Source: Dehalococcoidia bacterium
GTDB taxonomy: Bacteria; Chloroflexota; Dehalococcoidia; UBA2979
Assembly: GCA_964291495.2 (NCBI GenBank)
Contig: OZ219872.1
Coordinates: forward strand, 448,001-512,000
DNA: 64,000 nt
Direction of reading: 5' to 3'
Of the stretch, positions 13,427-21,439 are shown piece after piece. Position 1 is the first letter of the stretch; each line of letters opens with the position of its first letter. Below the pieces are notes generated by a model. The model made no database searches. It worked only from the letters and a program-made list of their open reading frames with translations, and was not told the DNA's origin. The translations under genes were made by a program, and so were the position numbers.

Positions 13427-13789
13427 CTAGTAGGAGATGGAGGGCGTACCGCCGGCGAGGAACTCGACCAGCTTTGCGCCGCCGACGATCACGGCGCCGT
13501 CGACCAGGTTGTCCGTTTCGAGGTCGCGCTTGTTGTAGCAGGGCGCGCAGACGTAGATCTCACCGCCGCCCTCGGCGAACAGGCCCATCAGCTCGGAGAG
13601 GGCCATGAAGCCGTCCTCGTGGATGTCGTCGGCGTAGCCCCGCTCGGCCAGACGCACGCCCTCGGTGCTGAGGAACACGACTGTCTCCTGCTCGGAGCCG
13701 AGGGCCGCGTTGGCCACGACGAAGGCGACCGTCGCCCGGTCGGGATCGTCCCCCGCGTGGGTGAGGCTGACGCAAAACTTCCCGGCCAA
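13427..13789 (-). CDS. DsrE/DsrF-like family protein
   Basis: DDPDRATVAFVVANAA..VVFLSTEGVRL..GGEIYVCAPC..RDL..GA.IVG; TTG start with a purine-rich SD. Confidence 0.88.
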   Translation of the reverse strand: MAGKFCVSLTHAGDDPDRATVAFVVANAALGSEQETVVFLSTEGVRLAERGYADDIHEDGFMALSELMGLFAEGGGEIYVCAPCYNKRDLETDNLVDGAVIVGGAKLVEFLAGGTPSISY

Positions 13790-13810
13790 GATCGTTCCCT
13801 TCCTCGCGAC

Positions 13811-14080
13811 CTACGCGCGCTGCGTCTGCTCGATCCAGTAGTGCGGGTGCTGCGCCTGAAGCAGGCGGCGGCCCGTGAGGCGGCACCAGGCCGGGATGTC
13901 CTCGGGTGCTCCGAGGTCGTACGCCGTCAGCTTGAAGACCTCGCCCGGGCCGAGTTTCCGCATCCGCGTCCTGAGCAGGATGATCACCTCGCCGCATCCC
14001 ATGTCGCCGGCGTCCCACTCGTCGGCGACGACCATGTCTTCGATCACAACGGGTGGCGCGGCCGGTTCGGGCTCAGCCAT
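13811..14080 (-). CDS. TusA (SirA)-like sulfurtransferase family protein
   Basis: WDAGDMGCGE..LGPGEVFKLTAYDLGAPEDIPAWCRLTGRRLL. Confidence 0.88.
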   Translation of the reverse strand: MAEPEPAAPPVVIEDMVVADEWDAGDMGCGEVIILLRTRMRKLGPGEVFKLTAYDLGAPEDIPAWCRLTGRRLLQAQHPHYWIEQTQRA

Positions 14081-14128
14081 CGTGCTCCGTCCGCGCCCCG
14101 TCTCGCCGCCGTGCGATCCGGTACCGCG

Positions 14129-14157
14129 ATCCTACGGGACGATGGCGCTCAGGGCAT
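14129..14157 (-). promoter_or_regulatory. Putative promoter of the tusA-dsrE-tusA::metE operon
   Basis: ATGCCC-N17-TAGGAT. An imperfect palindrome centred on CGGTACCG overlaps the predicted start site. Confidence 0.4.
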
Positions 14158-14187
14158 TTCCGGACGCGCGGGGCGTCCTCGGCTGCC

Positions 14188-15951
14188 TCAGCGCGCGGCG
14201 GGAGGCTCCACGCGGACGGTGATGATGTCGGTGTCGTGGAACTGCTGGTGACGCACGGAGGAGGCGTAGTTGCGCAGCAGCCGCAGCGAGACATCCTGCT
14301 CCACCATCGTCTCCGTATCGTGCTGCTGGAGCTGCCGTAGCCGGTCCTCCATGTTCTCGTCGTCGCCCCCGCCGATGAACTCAAGGTCGGCCGCGGGACC
14401 ATCGCTGGAGGCCAGCACGATCAGCTGGCGCTCCTCCTTGTCCTCCTCGTCGTCCTCGGTCTCGGCGAGCAGTCCCTCGAGGTCCAGCGGAGCCAGGGTC
14501 AGCAGCGTCTCCTCGGCGACGGCGCCGAGCCGGTCCTTCATCGCGGTGTCCCAGCCCCGGCTGTCCGCGAAGCGGGCGATGAACTCGTTGAGCTGCGGGA
14601 GGGAGTCGATGTGGAGCGGGGACTGGAAGCGCATGCGCCGCGGGTTGGTGAACTCCAGGTAGAGGATCATCACGACGGCGGCGAGTCCGCCGGTGGTGAT
14701 GCCGCTCGCGAGCATCGCGTTCAGCACCGGGCCGAGGTCGGGGAGGGCGAAGAGCTTGAACTGGAAGGCGGCGCCGATCCAGAAACAGACGCCGGCGACA
14801 GCGATCTTCTCGTTGTTCTGTTCGTTCTGGATCACGGTTCGCGCGCCGTCCACGAAGAGGCTGCCGGTGACCATGATCAGGTAGCCCGTCATCACCGGCC
14901 CCGGGATGCTGCTGAGCAGCCCCGAGACCTTCGGCAGGAACGCCAGCAGGATGAAGAAGCCGCCGATGCTGTAGCCGAGCGTGCGGGCCGCCACGCCGGT
15001 GATCTGCGTGAACGAGATGATGCCCGGGTTGATCGCGTTGGGCACCGTCCCCGCGAGGGCCGCCAGGAAGTTGCTCGCGGCCCCGCCGGCCACGGCGCCC
15101 TGCACCCCGCGGAAGTCCACCGCCCGGTCCTCGCGCCAGGCGACCCGCTGCATCGAGATCGCCGCGCCGTTCGCCTGGATCGAGATGATCACGCCGAGGA
15201 ACAGGAACGCCGGGACCAGGGTCCAGAACTCGAGCCCGAAGTCGAGCGCCAGCTCCGGCCGCTCGGCGGGCAGCCCGATCCAGGCGGCCTCGGTGATCCG
15301 CGACGTGTCGAAGATGCCGAGCGCCCCGGCGACCACGCAGCCGACGAGGATGCCGGCGATCGGGCCCCAGAAGCGCAGCAGCGGGGAGCGTCGCAGCGTG
15401 AGCGCCGCAGCGACGACCATCGTCACGAACGCTGTGAGCGATGCCTCCTCCGGCTCCACCTGCGTCGCGTCGTCCAGCAGGTCGAAGACCACCGAGGCGA
15501 GGGTGATCGAGAGGATCATCATCACGGTGCCGCCCACGGTCGGCGTGACGACGCGCCGCATGATGAACAGCCAGCGCGAGATCGCGAGCTGGGCGATCGC
15601 GGCGACGATCAGCAGCGTCGTCAGTGTCGCCGGGCCCCCGTCCTGCACGGCAGTGATGCAGAACGGGATCGCGAAGGCGGCCGTGAACATCGGCAGCACC
15701 GCACCGGCGCCGACGAAGCCGAGCCGCCGCACCTGGATCAGCGTGGAGACGCCGACGACGATCAGCGAGGCGAAGACCATCCAGACCACGTAGGGCTCGC
15801 CCCGCCCGGCCGCGTTGGCGACGATGACGGGCGTGACGAGCAGCGTGGCGGACGCGATCAGGCTGAACTGCGCGCCGAGACCCAGGGTTCTCACGAGTGG
15901 CGGACTCTCGTCTGCCTCGTACTGCGGGTTGCCGAGCGCTGGCGCCGTCAA
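14188..15951 (-). CDS. NCS2 (xanthine/uracil) family permease with C-terminal degenerate RsbW-like (HATPase-fold) domain
   Basis: Y.ADESPPL..LGAQ, STLIQ..GFVGAG, P.V.GTV, QITGVAAR, FLPK..SIPGPV match NCS2. The last ~145 aa are soluble and follow the anti-sigma-factor layout. Confidence 0.8.
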   Translation of the reverse strand: MTAPALGNPQYEADESPPLVRTLGLGAQFSLIASATLLVTPVIVANAAGRGEPYVVWMVFASLIVVGVSTLIQVRRLGFVGAGAVLPMFTAAFAIPFCITAVQDGGPATLTTLLIVAAIAQLAISRWLFIMRRVVTPTVGGTVMMILSITLASVVFDLLDDATQVEPEEASLTAFVTMVVAAALTLRRSPLLRFWGPIAGILVGCVVAGALGIFDTSRITEAAWIGLPAERPELALDFGLEFWTLVPAFLFLGVIISIQANGAAISMQRVAWREDRAVDFRGVQGAVAGGAASNFLAALAGTVPNAINPGIISFTQITGVAARTLGYSIGGFFILLAFLPKVSGLLSSIPGPVMTGYLIMVTGSLFVDGARTVIQNEQNNEKIAVAGVCFWIGAAFQFKLFALPDLGPVLNAMLASGITTGGLAAVVMILYLEFTNPRRMRFQSPLHIDSLPQLNEFIARFADSRGWDTAMKDRLGAVAEETLLTLAPLDLEGLLAETEDDEEDKEERQLIVLASSDGPAADLEFIGGGDDENMEDRLRQLQQHDTETMVEQDVSLRLLRNYASSVRHQQFHDTDIITVRVEPPAAR

Positions 15952-16151
15952 GGCTGCCTCCCGAAAGGAGATTGGGGAGTCACCCGGTGGCCCCGGTCCG
16001 CGGCGGACGGGGCCGCCCGCTCCTGGCGCTCACACTATAGGCTGCCCCGCCCCCGCGTGCGCGGCAGCCGCGATCTCGCTCGTGGTTGAAGCTGTCGGTG
16101 CTGAGGACCGGCTGCGTGCTGTGGTCCCCGCAGAGCACCAGCGCCTGGAGA

Positions 16152-16228
16152 TGGTGGGCGATGGAGGGCTCGAACCTCCGACCTCCCGGGTATAGACCGG
16201 ACGCTCTCGCCTGCTGAGCTCATCGCCC
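16152..16228 (-). tRNA. Degenerate duplicate of tRNA-Val with anticodon TAT (probable pseudo-tRNA)
   Basis: 73/77 identical to the tRNA at 16277-16353. Changes: U8>G, a D-loop A>G, U33>C, C36>U. Stems and CCA are intact. Confidence 0.8.
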
Positions 16229-16276
16229 CGGCGCACGGGCGCCTGCCTCGCGGATCGCGCCCTGCCCGCAGGGGCT

Positions 16277-16353
16277 TGGTGGGCGATGGAGGGCTCGAAC
16301 CTCCGACCTCCCGGGTGTAAACCGGACGCTCTTGCCTGCTGAGCTAATCGCCC
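16277..16353 (-). tRNA. tRNA-Val(TAC)
   Basis: GGGCGATTAGCTCAGCAGGCAAGAGCGTCCGG-TTTACAC-CCGGGAGGTCGGAGGTTCGAGCCCTCCATCGCCCACCA. Confidence 0.96.
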
Positions 16354-16404
16354 CGGCGCACGGGCGCCTGCCTCGAGGATCGCGCCCTGCCCGCACGGCC
16401 TTCG

Positions 16405-16434
16405 ATGCTAGGAGCGCGCGGATCGGCCGGTCAA
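16405..16434 (-). promoter_or_regulatory. Sigma70-type promoter for tRNA-Val
   Basis: TTGACC-N18-TAGCAT immediately upstream of the repeated leader. Confidence 0.65.
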
Positions 16435-16462
16435 CCGCGTGGCAGCGCAGCCCTCGCCGGCG

Positions 16463-16663
16463 CTACTGCCCCGGCGGCGGCTCGTCCGGCCGGCGCCGCA
16501 GCAGCGTCCCGATGCCGACGACGAACCACAGGTAGCCGAGGATCAGCAGCAGCTCGAACGCCCCGCGCGCGTAGCGGCCCGCCAGCGCCTCGACCAGGTC
16601 GCCGCCCAGCCAGAGGTTGACGAGCAGTGCGGCGAAGATCACAAGATGCCGCGGCCAACCCAT
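16463..16663 (-). CDS. Small two-helix membrane protein (66 aa)
   Basis: MGWPRHLVIFAALLVNLWL..ELLLILGYLWFVVGIGTLLRRR; GGAGG SD upstream of the ATG at 16663. Confidence 0.6.
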   Translation of the reverse strand: MGWPRHLVIFAALLVNLWLGGDLVEALAGRYARGAFELLLILGYLWFVVGIGTLLRRRPDEPPPGQ

Positions 16664-16708
16664 GGCGTGCCTCCGCACTCCACATACGAGAGCAGGGTAC
16701 CGCAGCCC

Positions 16709-17266
16709 ATGTCCGACTTCGACGCGAGCGCAGTTGAGCCCGCTCCGGACGCAACCGCGCCCGAAAGCGGGGAGCTCGAACGGCTCAGCCTCATCGAGAT
16801 CGAGGAGGCGATCGGCGAGATCCAGCGCCGCATCGCCGTCGCGCTGCGCGGTCTCGGCGAGCGTGCCGCCGACGAGCCCGGCCCCGCGGGCCGCTCCCCA
16901 CGCCTCGAGGTCGCCGAGCTGGCGGCGCGGCTCGAGTTGGCCGCGCTCGCCCTCGCGGCCGTCGCCGGCGGCGAGGAACCGATCGCCGAGGACGCCGAGC
17001 GCCTGGCGGCGCTGGCCGCCGCGCTGATGTACGCGGCCCCGACGGTCCCCGCGCTGCTGCAGCGGCTTGAGCAGGACCGCCGGCTGCTCGTCTCGCTCGC
17101 CCGAACCGCCGAGGAGCACGCGGCCCCGGACGACGGCAGACTGCGCCGCCTGCTCGTCGAGAGTGGGTTGGGCGCGGCCGCGCGCTGCGCGATGGCGATC
17201 GAGGCCGCCCTCGAACGACTCGCCGAGGCCGCCGAGGCGGGGTCGGAGGCGAGCGGCGGGCCGTAA
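16709..17266 (+). CDS. Hypothetical helical protein
   Basis: Ala/Leu/Glu-rich ORF with genome-typical codons starting MSDFDAS; no recognised motif. Confidence 0.6.
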   Translation: MSDFDASAVEPAPDATAPESGELERLSLIEIEEAIGEIQRRIAVALRGLGERAADEPGPAGRSPRLEVAELAARLELAALALAAVAGGEEPIAEDAERLAALAAALMYAAPTVPALLQRLEQDRRLLVSLARTAEEHAAPDDGRLRRLLVESGLGAAARCAMAIEAALERLAEAAEAGSEASGGP

Positions 17267-17329
17267 CGGTCGCGATCGCCTAGAATCGGGCGCGCTCAAC
17301 ACACACGGACGCCGGAGGGAGCCACCCGG

Positions 17330-18394
17330 ATGCAGTCACGTACGGTCATCTTTGCCGAAATGGGCAAGCCCCTGCTCGTCGAGCAGGTCGACTACGACGA
17401 CGAGGTCGCGCCCGGTCACGCCCTCGTGCGCAACTTCGCGAGCGGCGTCTGCCACTCGCAGCTGCACGCCCTGCACGGGCACACCAACCCCACCTTCCCC
17501 ACCGTGCTCGGCCACGAGTCCACGGGCGAGGTCGTCGCCGTCGGTGACGGCGTGGACCACGTCGCCCCCGGCGACAAGGTGCTGGTCGGCTGGCTGCCGA
17601 GGAACCCGCAGCCCGGCACGGGCCGCACCGTCTCGACAGCGCCGGTGCGCTGGAAGGGCGAAGACCTCAACGGCCACGCAGGCATCTACACCTGGTCCGA
17701 GCACACCCTCTGCAACGCCGAGTTCGTGCTCAAGGTGCCGGACTCGACCCCGAACGAGGTCACCTCGATCATCGGCTGCGCGGTGATGACCGGCTCCGGC
17801 GCGGTCACCAACTCGCTCGACGTGCAGAAGGGCGAGTCCTGCGCGGTCTACGGCGTCGGCGGCGTCGGCCTTTGCGCGATCGCCGCGGCCGCCGTGCGCG
17901 AGGCGGACCCGATCATCGCGGTTGACCTGTCCGACGAGAAGCTGGACTTCGCGAAGCAGTTCGGCGCGAACGTGCTGATCAACGCCCGCGAGGTCGACCC
18001 CGTCGAGGAGATCATCCGCGTCACCGACGGCGGCGCGGACTACGCCATCGACGCGATCGGCGCGCCGGAGACGACGGGCCAGATCATCGACTCGGTGCGG
18101 CCCTCGCAGTGGGACGGGCGGCGCGGCGGGGTCGCCGCGATCATCGGCTCAGGCATCGGCCGCCAGGAGATCCCGACACGCTCGATGCTGCAGGGCGAGC
18201 GGACGCTGATCGGCACGCTCGGCGGCTCCTGCGTCCCGGAGAAGGACTTCCCGGAGTTCCTGCGCTGGTACAACGAGGGCCAGCTGGACCTCGACGCGCT
18301 GGTCACGGAGCGCCACCCGATCGACGGCATCAACGACGCCGTCGGCCGCCTCGAGCGCGGCGAGGTCTTCGGCCGCAGCATCCTGACGTTCTAG
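17330..18394 (+). CDS. Zn-dependent alcohol dehydrogenase (class III-like MDR)
   Basis: GVCHSQLH, LGHESTG, IGCAVMTG, GVGGVG, LIGTLGG. Confidence 0.9.
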   Translation: MQSRTVIFAEMGKPLLVEQVDYDDEVAPGHALVRNFASGVCHSQLHALHGHTNPTFPTVLGHESTGEVVAVGDGVDHVAPGDKVLVGWLPRNPQPGTGRTVSTAPVRWKGEDLNGHAGIYTWSEHTLCNAEFVLKVPDSTPNEVTSIIGCAVMTGSGAVTNSLDVQKGESCAVYGVGGVGLCAIAAAAVREADPIIAVDLSDEKLDFAKQFGANVLINAREVDPVEEIIRVTDGGADYAIDAIGAPETTGQIIDSVRPSQWDGRRGGVAAIIGSGIGRQEIPTRSMLQGERTLIGTLGGSCVPEKDFPEFLRWYNEGQLDLDALVTERHPIDGINDAVGRLERGEVFGRSILTF

Positions 18395-18405
18395 GAAGGC
18401 CTCTG

Positions 18406-18546
18406 CTCCCCTCCGATCCCCTCTCCCCGAGGGAGAGGGTTAGGGTGAGGGCGAGTCCGGAGACCCGGAGCGCCAGCGGGGCGCTCGGGAGCGCACGGGA
18501 GTCCTCCCCCTCACCCCCGCCCTCTCCCCGAGGACAGGGGGCCGGA
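18406..18546. repeat. REP/REPIN-like palindromic element, copy A
   Basis: CCCTCTCCCCGAGGGAGAGGGTTAGGGTGAGGG - 56-nt core - CCCTCACCCCCGCCCTCTCCCCGAGG. Confidence 0.9.
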
Positions 18547-18640
18547 ATGCCCGCGGCGCGACCCTCGAGGGCGCACCCGAAGGCCCGATGACGGATCCCC
18601 CGGCGAGACCTTTCGGAACCGTCTGCGAGGGCGCCCGCGC

Positions 18641-18782
18641 CTCCCCTCCGATCCCCTCTCCCCGAGGGAGAGGGTTAGGGTGAGGGCGAATCCGGAGACC
18701 CGGAGCGCCAGCGGGGCGCTCGGGAGCGCACGGGAGTCCTCCCCCTCACCCCCGCCCTCTCCCCGAGGGAGAGGGTGCCGGA
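18641..18782. repeat. REP/REPIN-like palindromic element, copy B
   Basis: Near-identical direct repeat of copy A at a 235-bp offset. Confidence 0.9.
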
Positions 18783-18804
18783 CTGCCGCGGCAGGCTTGC
18801 GAGG

Positions 18805-19263
18805 CTAGCGCCGCTCCTCGATGAGCTGACGGGTCAGCTCGGCGTGGGCGGCGTGCTCGGCGGCGTGCTGCGCGGTGAAGATCAGCAGGTCGCGGCCGGT
18901 CGTCGCGCCGCGGCGCGGGTGCTGCCGCGCCTCGGCCAGCGACTCGTCGGGCAGCGCCGCGAGGCGCTCGCCGATCTCGGTGCGCAGGCTCGCCCAGCGC
19001 GCGACGGGCGCCTCGGCCGTCGCGTCCGAGGCGACGAACTCCGCGTCCCGGTCGCGTGAGCGAGGTTCGCCGCAGAGCACCCCGAGCAGCGTCTCGTCGA
19101 GCGCCCCGAGGATGTGCGTGGCGAGCACGAAGAGGCTGTTCGTGTCCGGCCCCGCCGGCCGCCGGTTCAGTTCGTCGGCCTGGAGGCCGTCGAGCGCGCC
19201 GACGATCCGGTCGGTCGCGCCCTCGATGTAGAACCAGAACCGCGCGGCCTCACCGTTGCTCAT
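18805..19263 (-). CDS. DinB-like protein (DUF664-like)
   Basis: LNRRP..TNSLFVLATHILG..RDRDAEF..HAAEHAAHAELTRQ. Confidence 0.8.
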   Translation of the reverse strand: MSNGEAARFWFYIEGATDRIVGALDGLQADELNRRPAGPDTNSLFVLATHILGALDETLLGVLCGEPRSRDRDAEFVASDATAEAPVARWASLRTEIGERLAALPDESLAEARQHPRRGATTGRDLLIFTAQHAAEHAAHAELTRQLIEERR

Positions 19264-19364
19264 CGCGCACCGCCTCTCCCGACGGATTGTAGCGGCGCGC
19301 CCGGCGCCTCGATGGGCCGCCCGCATCGACAGCGACGGGGTCGCGAGCCTAAGATCGCGGGCAC

Positions 19365-19439
19365 GGCAGGGTAGCTCAGTGGTAGAGCAGCGGACTCATA
19401 AGCCGTCGGTCGCCGGTTCAAATCCGGCCCCTGCTACCA
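19365..19439 (+). tRNA. tRNA with CAT anticodon, probably elongator Met
   Basis: GGCAGGGTAGCTCAGTGGTAGAGCAGCGGA-CTCATAA-GCCGTCGGTCGCCGGTTCAAATCCGGCCCCTGCTACCA. It lacks the initiator C1:A72 and three G-C anticodon-stem pairs. Met versus Ile2 was assigned by acceptor-stem resemblance only. Confidence 0.9.
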
Positions 19440-19515
19440 ACTCCCGCGCACGGCACGCCCGACGGCCGGGACGCCCTCGGCCGCCGGCCCACGCTTCGAG
19501 GCTGGAGCGCCGCCG

Positions 19516-20289
19516 CTAGCGGCCCTTCCAGACCGGCTGCCGCTTCTCCGCGAAGGCGCGCTTCGCCTCGGCGGAGTCCTCCGTCTTCGAGAGGATCGCG
19601 GTCTGCGTCTGCTCGTAGCGGTAGCCGTTCTTGATGTCGGTGTTCTCGATCACGTTCAGCGTGGACTTCACCATCTGGACGCCGAGCGGCATCTTCGAGG
19701 CGATCACCCGCGCCTCGGCCATCGCCTCGTCCATCAGTTGCTCCGGAGGCACCACGCGTATCACGGCGCCCGCCATCAGCGCCTGCTGGGCGTTGATGCG
19801 CTGGCCCGTCATGTTCGCCCAGCGCAGCCAGCCGGTCGGGAAAACGCGGCCCATTTGGCTCGCCCCGCCGAGCAGTCCGACGTTGACCTCCGGCAGCCCG
19901 AACGTCGCGTTCTCCGAGGCGATCAGGAAGTCGCAGCAGGCGGCCAGCGCCATCCCGGCGCCCAGCGCGTGCCCGTTGATCGCGCCGATCACCGGCACCG
20001 CGCACTCCACGAGCGCGTTGTAGCGCTCGCGGGCGGCGCGGCTCGTCGCCAGCCGCGTGCCCGGCGGAGGCGTCGTGCCCGCCTCGCGCGCCCCGCGCTT
20101 CACGTCGGCGCCCGCGCAGAAGGCGCGCGTCCCCGCGCCAGTGAGGATGCAGACGCGCACGTCGTCGCGGTCCGCGAACGAGTCGAGCAGCTCGATCATG
20201 TTCCAGTCGCGGTCCATCGCGTTGACCGGCGGGTTGTCCATCGTGATCACGGCGATGTAGTCCGCTACCTCGAGGTGCAGTTGCGACAT
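19516..20289 (-). CDS. Enoyl-CoA hydratase/isomerase family protein
   Basis: DNPPVNA, AFCAGAD, PVIGAING.ALG, FGLPEVNVG, AFAEKRQPVWKGR. Confidence 0.92.
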   Translation of the reverse strand: MSQLHLEVADYIAVITMDNPPVNAMDRDWNMIELLDSFADRDDVRVCILTGAGTRAFCAGADVKRGAREAGTTPPPGTRLATSRAARERYNALVECAVPVIGAINGHALGAGMALAACCDFLIASENATFGLPEVNVGLLGGASQMGRVFPTGWLRWANMTGQRINAQQALMAGAVIRVVPPEQLMDEAMAEARVIASKMPLGVQMVKSTLNVIENTDIKNGYRYEQTQTAILSKTEDSAEAKRAFAEKRQPVWKGR

Positions 20290-20428
20290 ATTGGTCCCCC
20301 TCTCGCGCCCGGGTTGACCGCGGGCCGCAGCCATCGAGGCGCCTCGGCAGCCACTATACTGATCGGGAGAGGCGGCATTCCCGCCCCGCCTGGCTGACGC
20401 TGGAGATCACGGGAAGCGGCGGCGACCC

Positions 20429-21439
20429 ATGACCCGCATCCATCAGCCGGAGAGCGGCCTTCGCGCCACCGACCTGCAGCGGCGCATGTACCGCGACATG
20501 CTGCTCACGCGCGAACTCAACGACCGCATGCTGATCCTCAACCGCCAGGGCCGGGCCGCGTTCGCCGTGCCCGGCACCGGACACGAGGCGGCCCAGGTCG
20601 GCTCCGCCCACGCCCTCAAGCAAGGCGTCGACTGGGTGCTGCCCTACTACCGCGACACCGGCGTGATGGTCGTGCTCGGGATGAGCGCGGAGCAGATCAT
20701 GCTCAACCTCCTCGCGAAGGCCGACGACCCGAACTCGGGCGGCCGCCAGATGCCCAATCACTGGTCCTTCCCCGAGCAGCGCGTCGTCACCCGCTCCAGT
20801 GTGATCGCCGCCAACCTCCCGCACGCCGCCGGCATCGCCTACGCCTCGAAACTGCGAGGGCTGGACGAGGTTTCGGTCGTCTACTTCGGCGAGGGCGCGA
20901 CCGCGCAGGGCGACTTCCACGAGGCCGTGAACTTCGCCGCCATCCACCAGCTGCCCGTGATCTTCTTCTGCGAGAACAACGGCTACGCCATCTCCGAGAC
21001 CAGCGAGAAGCAGATGTCCGTCCGCCACGTCGCCGAGCGCGCCCGCGGCTACGACATCCCCGCCTCGACCGTCGACGGCAACGACGTCCTCGCCGTCCAC
21101 CAGGAGATGCGCTGGAGCGTCGAGGAGGCGCGCCGCGGCCACGGCCCGAAGCTGGTCGAGGCGAAGACCTACCGCCTCGTCCCCCACACCTCGAGCGATG
21201 ACGACCGTCGCTACCGCCCTCGCTCCGAGGTCGAGGAGTGGGCGCGCAACGACCCGCTCGACCGCTTCCGCACGCGCCTCCTCGAGGCCGGCACGCTCGC
21301 CGAGGAGGAGGCCGAGCAGTGGACCGCCGGGGCGCGCGCCGAGGTCGACGAGGCCGTCGAGCGGGCGCTCGCCGCACCCGACCCCACGCCGGAGTCGGCG
21401 CTGCTGCACGTCTTCCAGGAAGCAGGCGGCGCGCCATGA
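20429..21439 (+). CDS. bkdAA: Branched-chain 2-oxoacid dehydrogenase E1 alpha
   Basis: GHEAAQVG, PYYRD, DPNSGGRQMPNH, TPP motif GEGAT..ENN, YRLVPHTSSDDD (Bacillus BCKDH-like). Confidence 0.85.
   Translation: MTRIHQPESGLRATDLQRRMYRDMLLTRELNDRMLILNRQGRAAFAVPGTGHEAAQVGSAHALKQGVDWVLPYYRDTGVMVVLGMSAEQIMLNLLAKADDPNSGGRQMPNHWSFPEQRVVTRSSVIAANLPHAAGIAYASKLRGLDEVSVVYFGEGATAQGDFHEAVNFAAIHQLPVIFFCENNGYAISETSEKQMSVRHVAERARGYDIPASTVDGNDVLAVHQEMRWSVEEARRGHGPKLVEAKTYRLVPHTSSDDDRRYRPRSEVEEWARNDPLDRFRTRLLEAGTLAEEEAEQWTAGARAEVDEAVERALAAPDPTPESALLHVFQEAGGAP

Larger units (their letters stand above)
16152..16395. repeat. Tandem direct repeat, 125-bp period (leader + tRNA)
   Basis: 16152-16270 versus 16277-16395 differ at 5 of 119 positions. 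Confidence 0.95.

Noticed and set aside
14188-15951. NCS2 permease as a definite member of the TusA/DsrE/MetE operon
   Set aside because: It is co-oriented, but a 107-nt gap with a separate predicted promoter intervenes. A link (e.g. thio-nucleobase import) is possible but unsupported without synteny data.
16190-16196. Amber-suppressor (CUA) reading of the variant tRNA loop UCUAUAC
   Set aside because: Placing CUA at 34-36 breaks the anticodon stem. Several genes here end at TAG at family-typical C-termini, and no pyl genes are visible.
18406-18782. CRISPR array
   Set aside because: Only two ~140-bp units with near-identical cores, no unique spacers and no cas genes. They belong to the dispersed REP-like family.
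16152-19439. tRNA duplication as attL/attR of an integrated element
   Set aside because: The copies are directly adjacent and include the 5' leader. There is no integrase, no cargo between them, and no partial tRNA 3' repeat elsewhere in the window.
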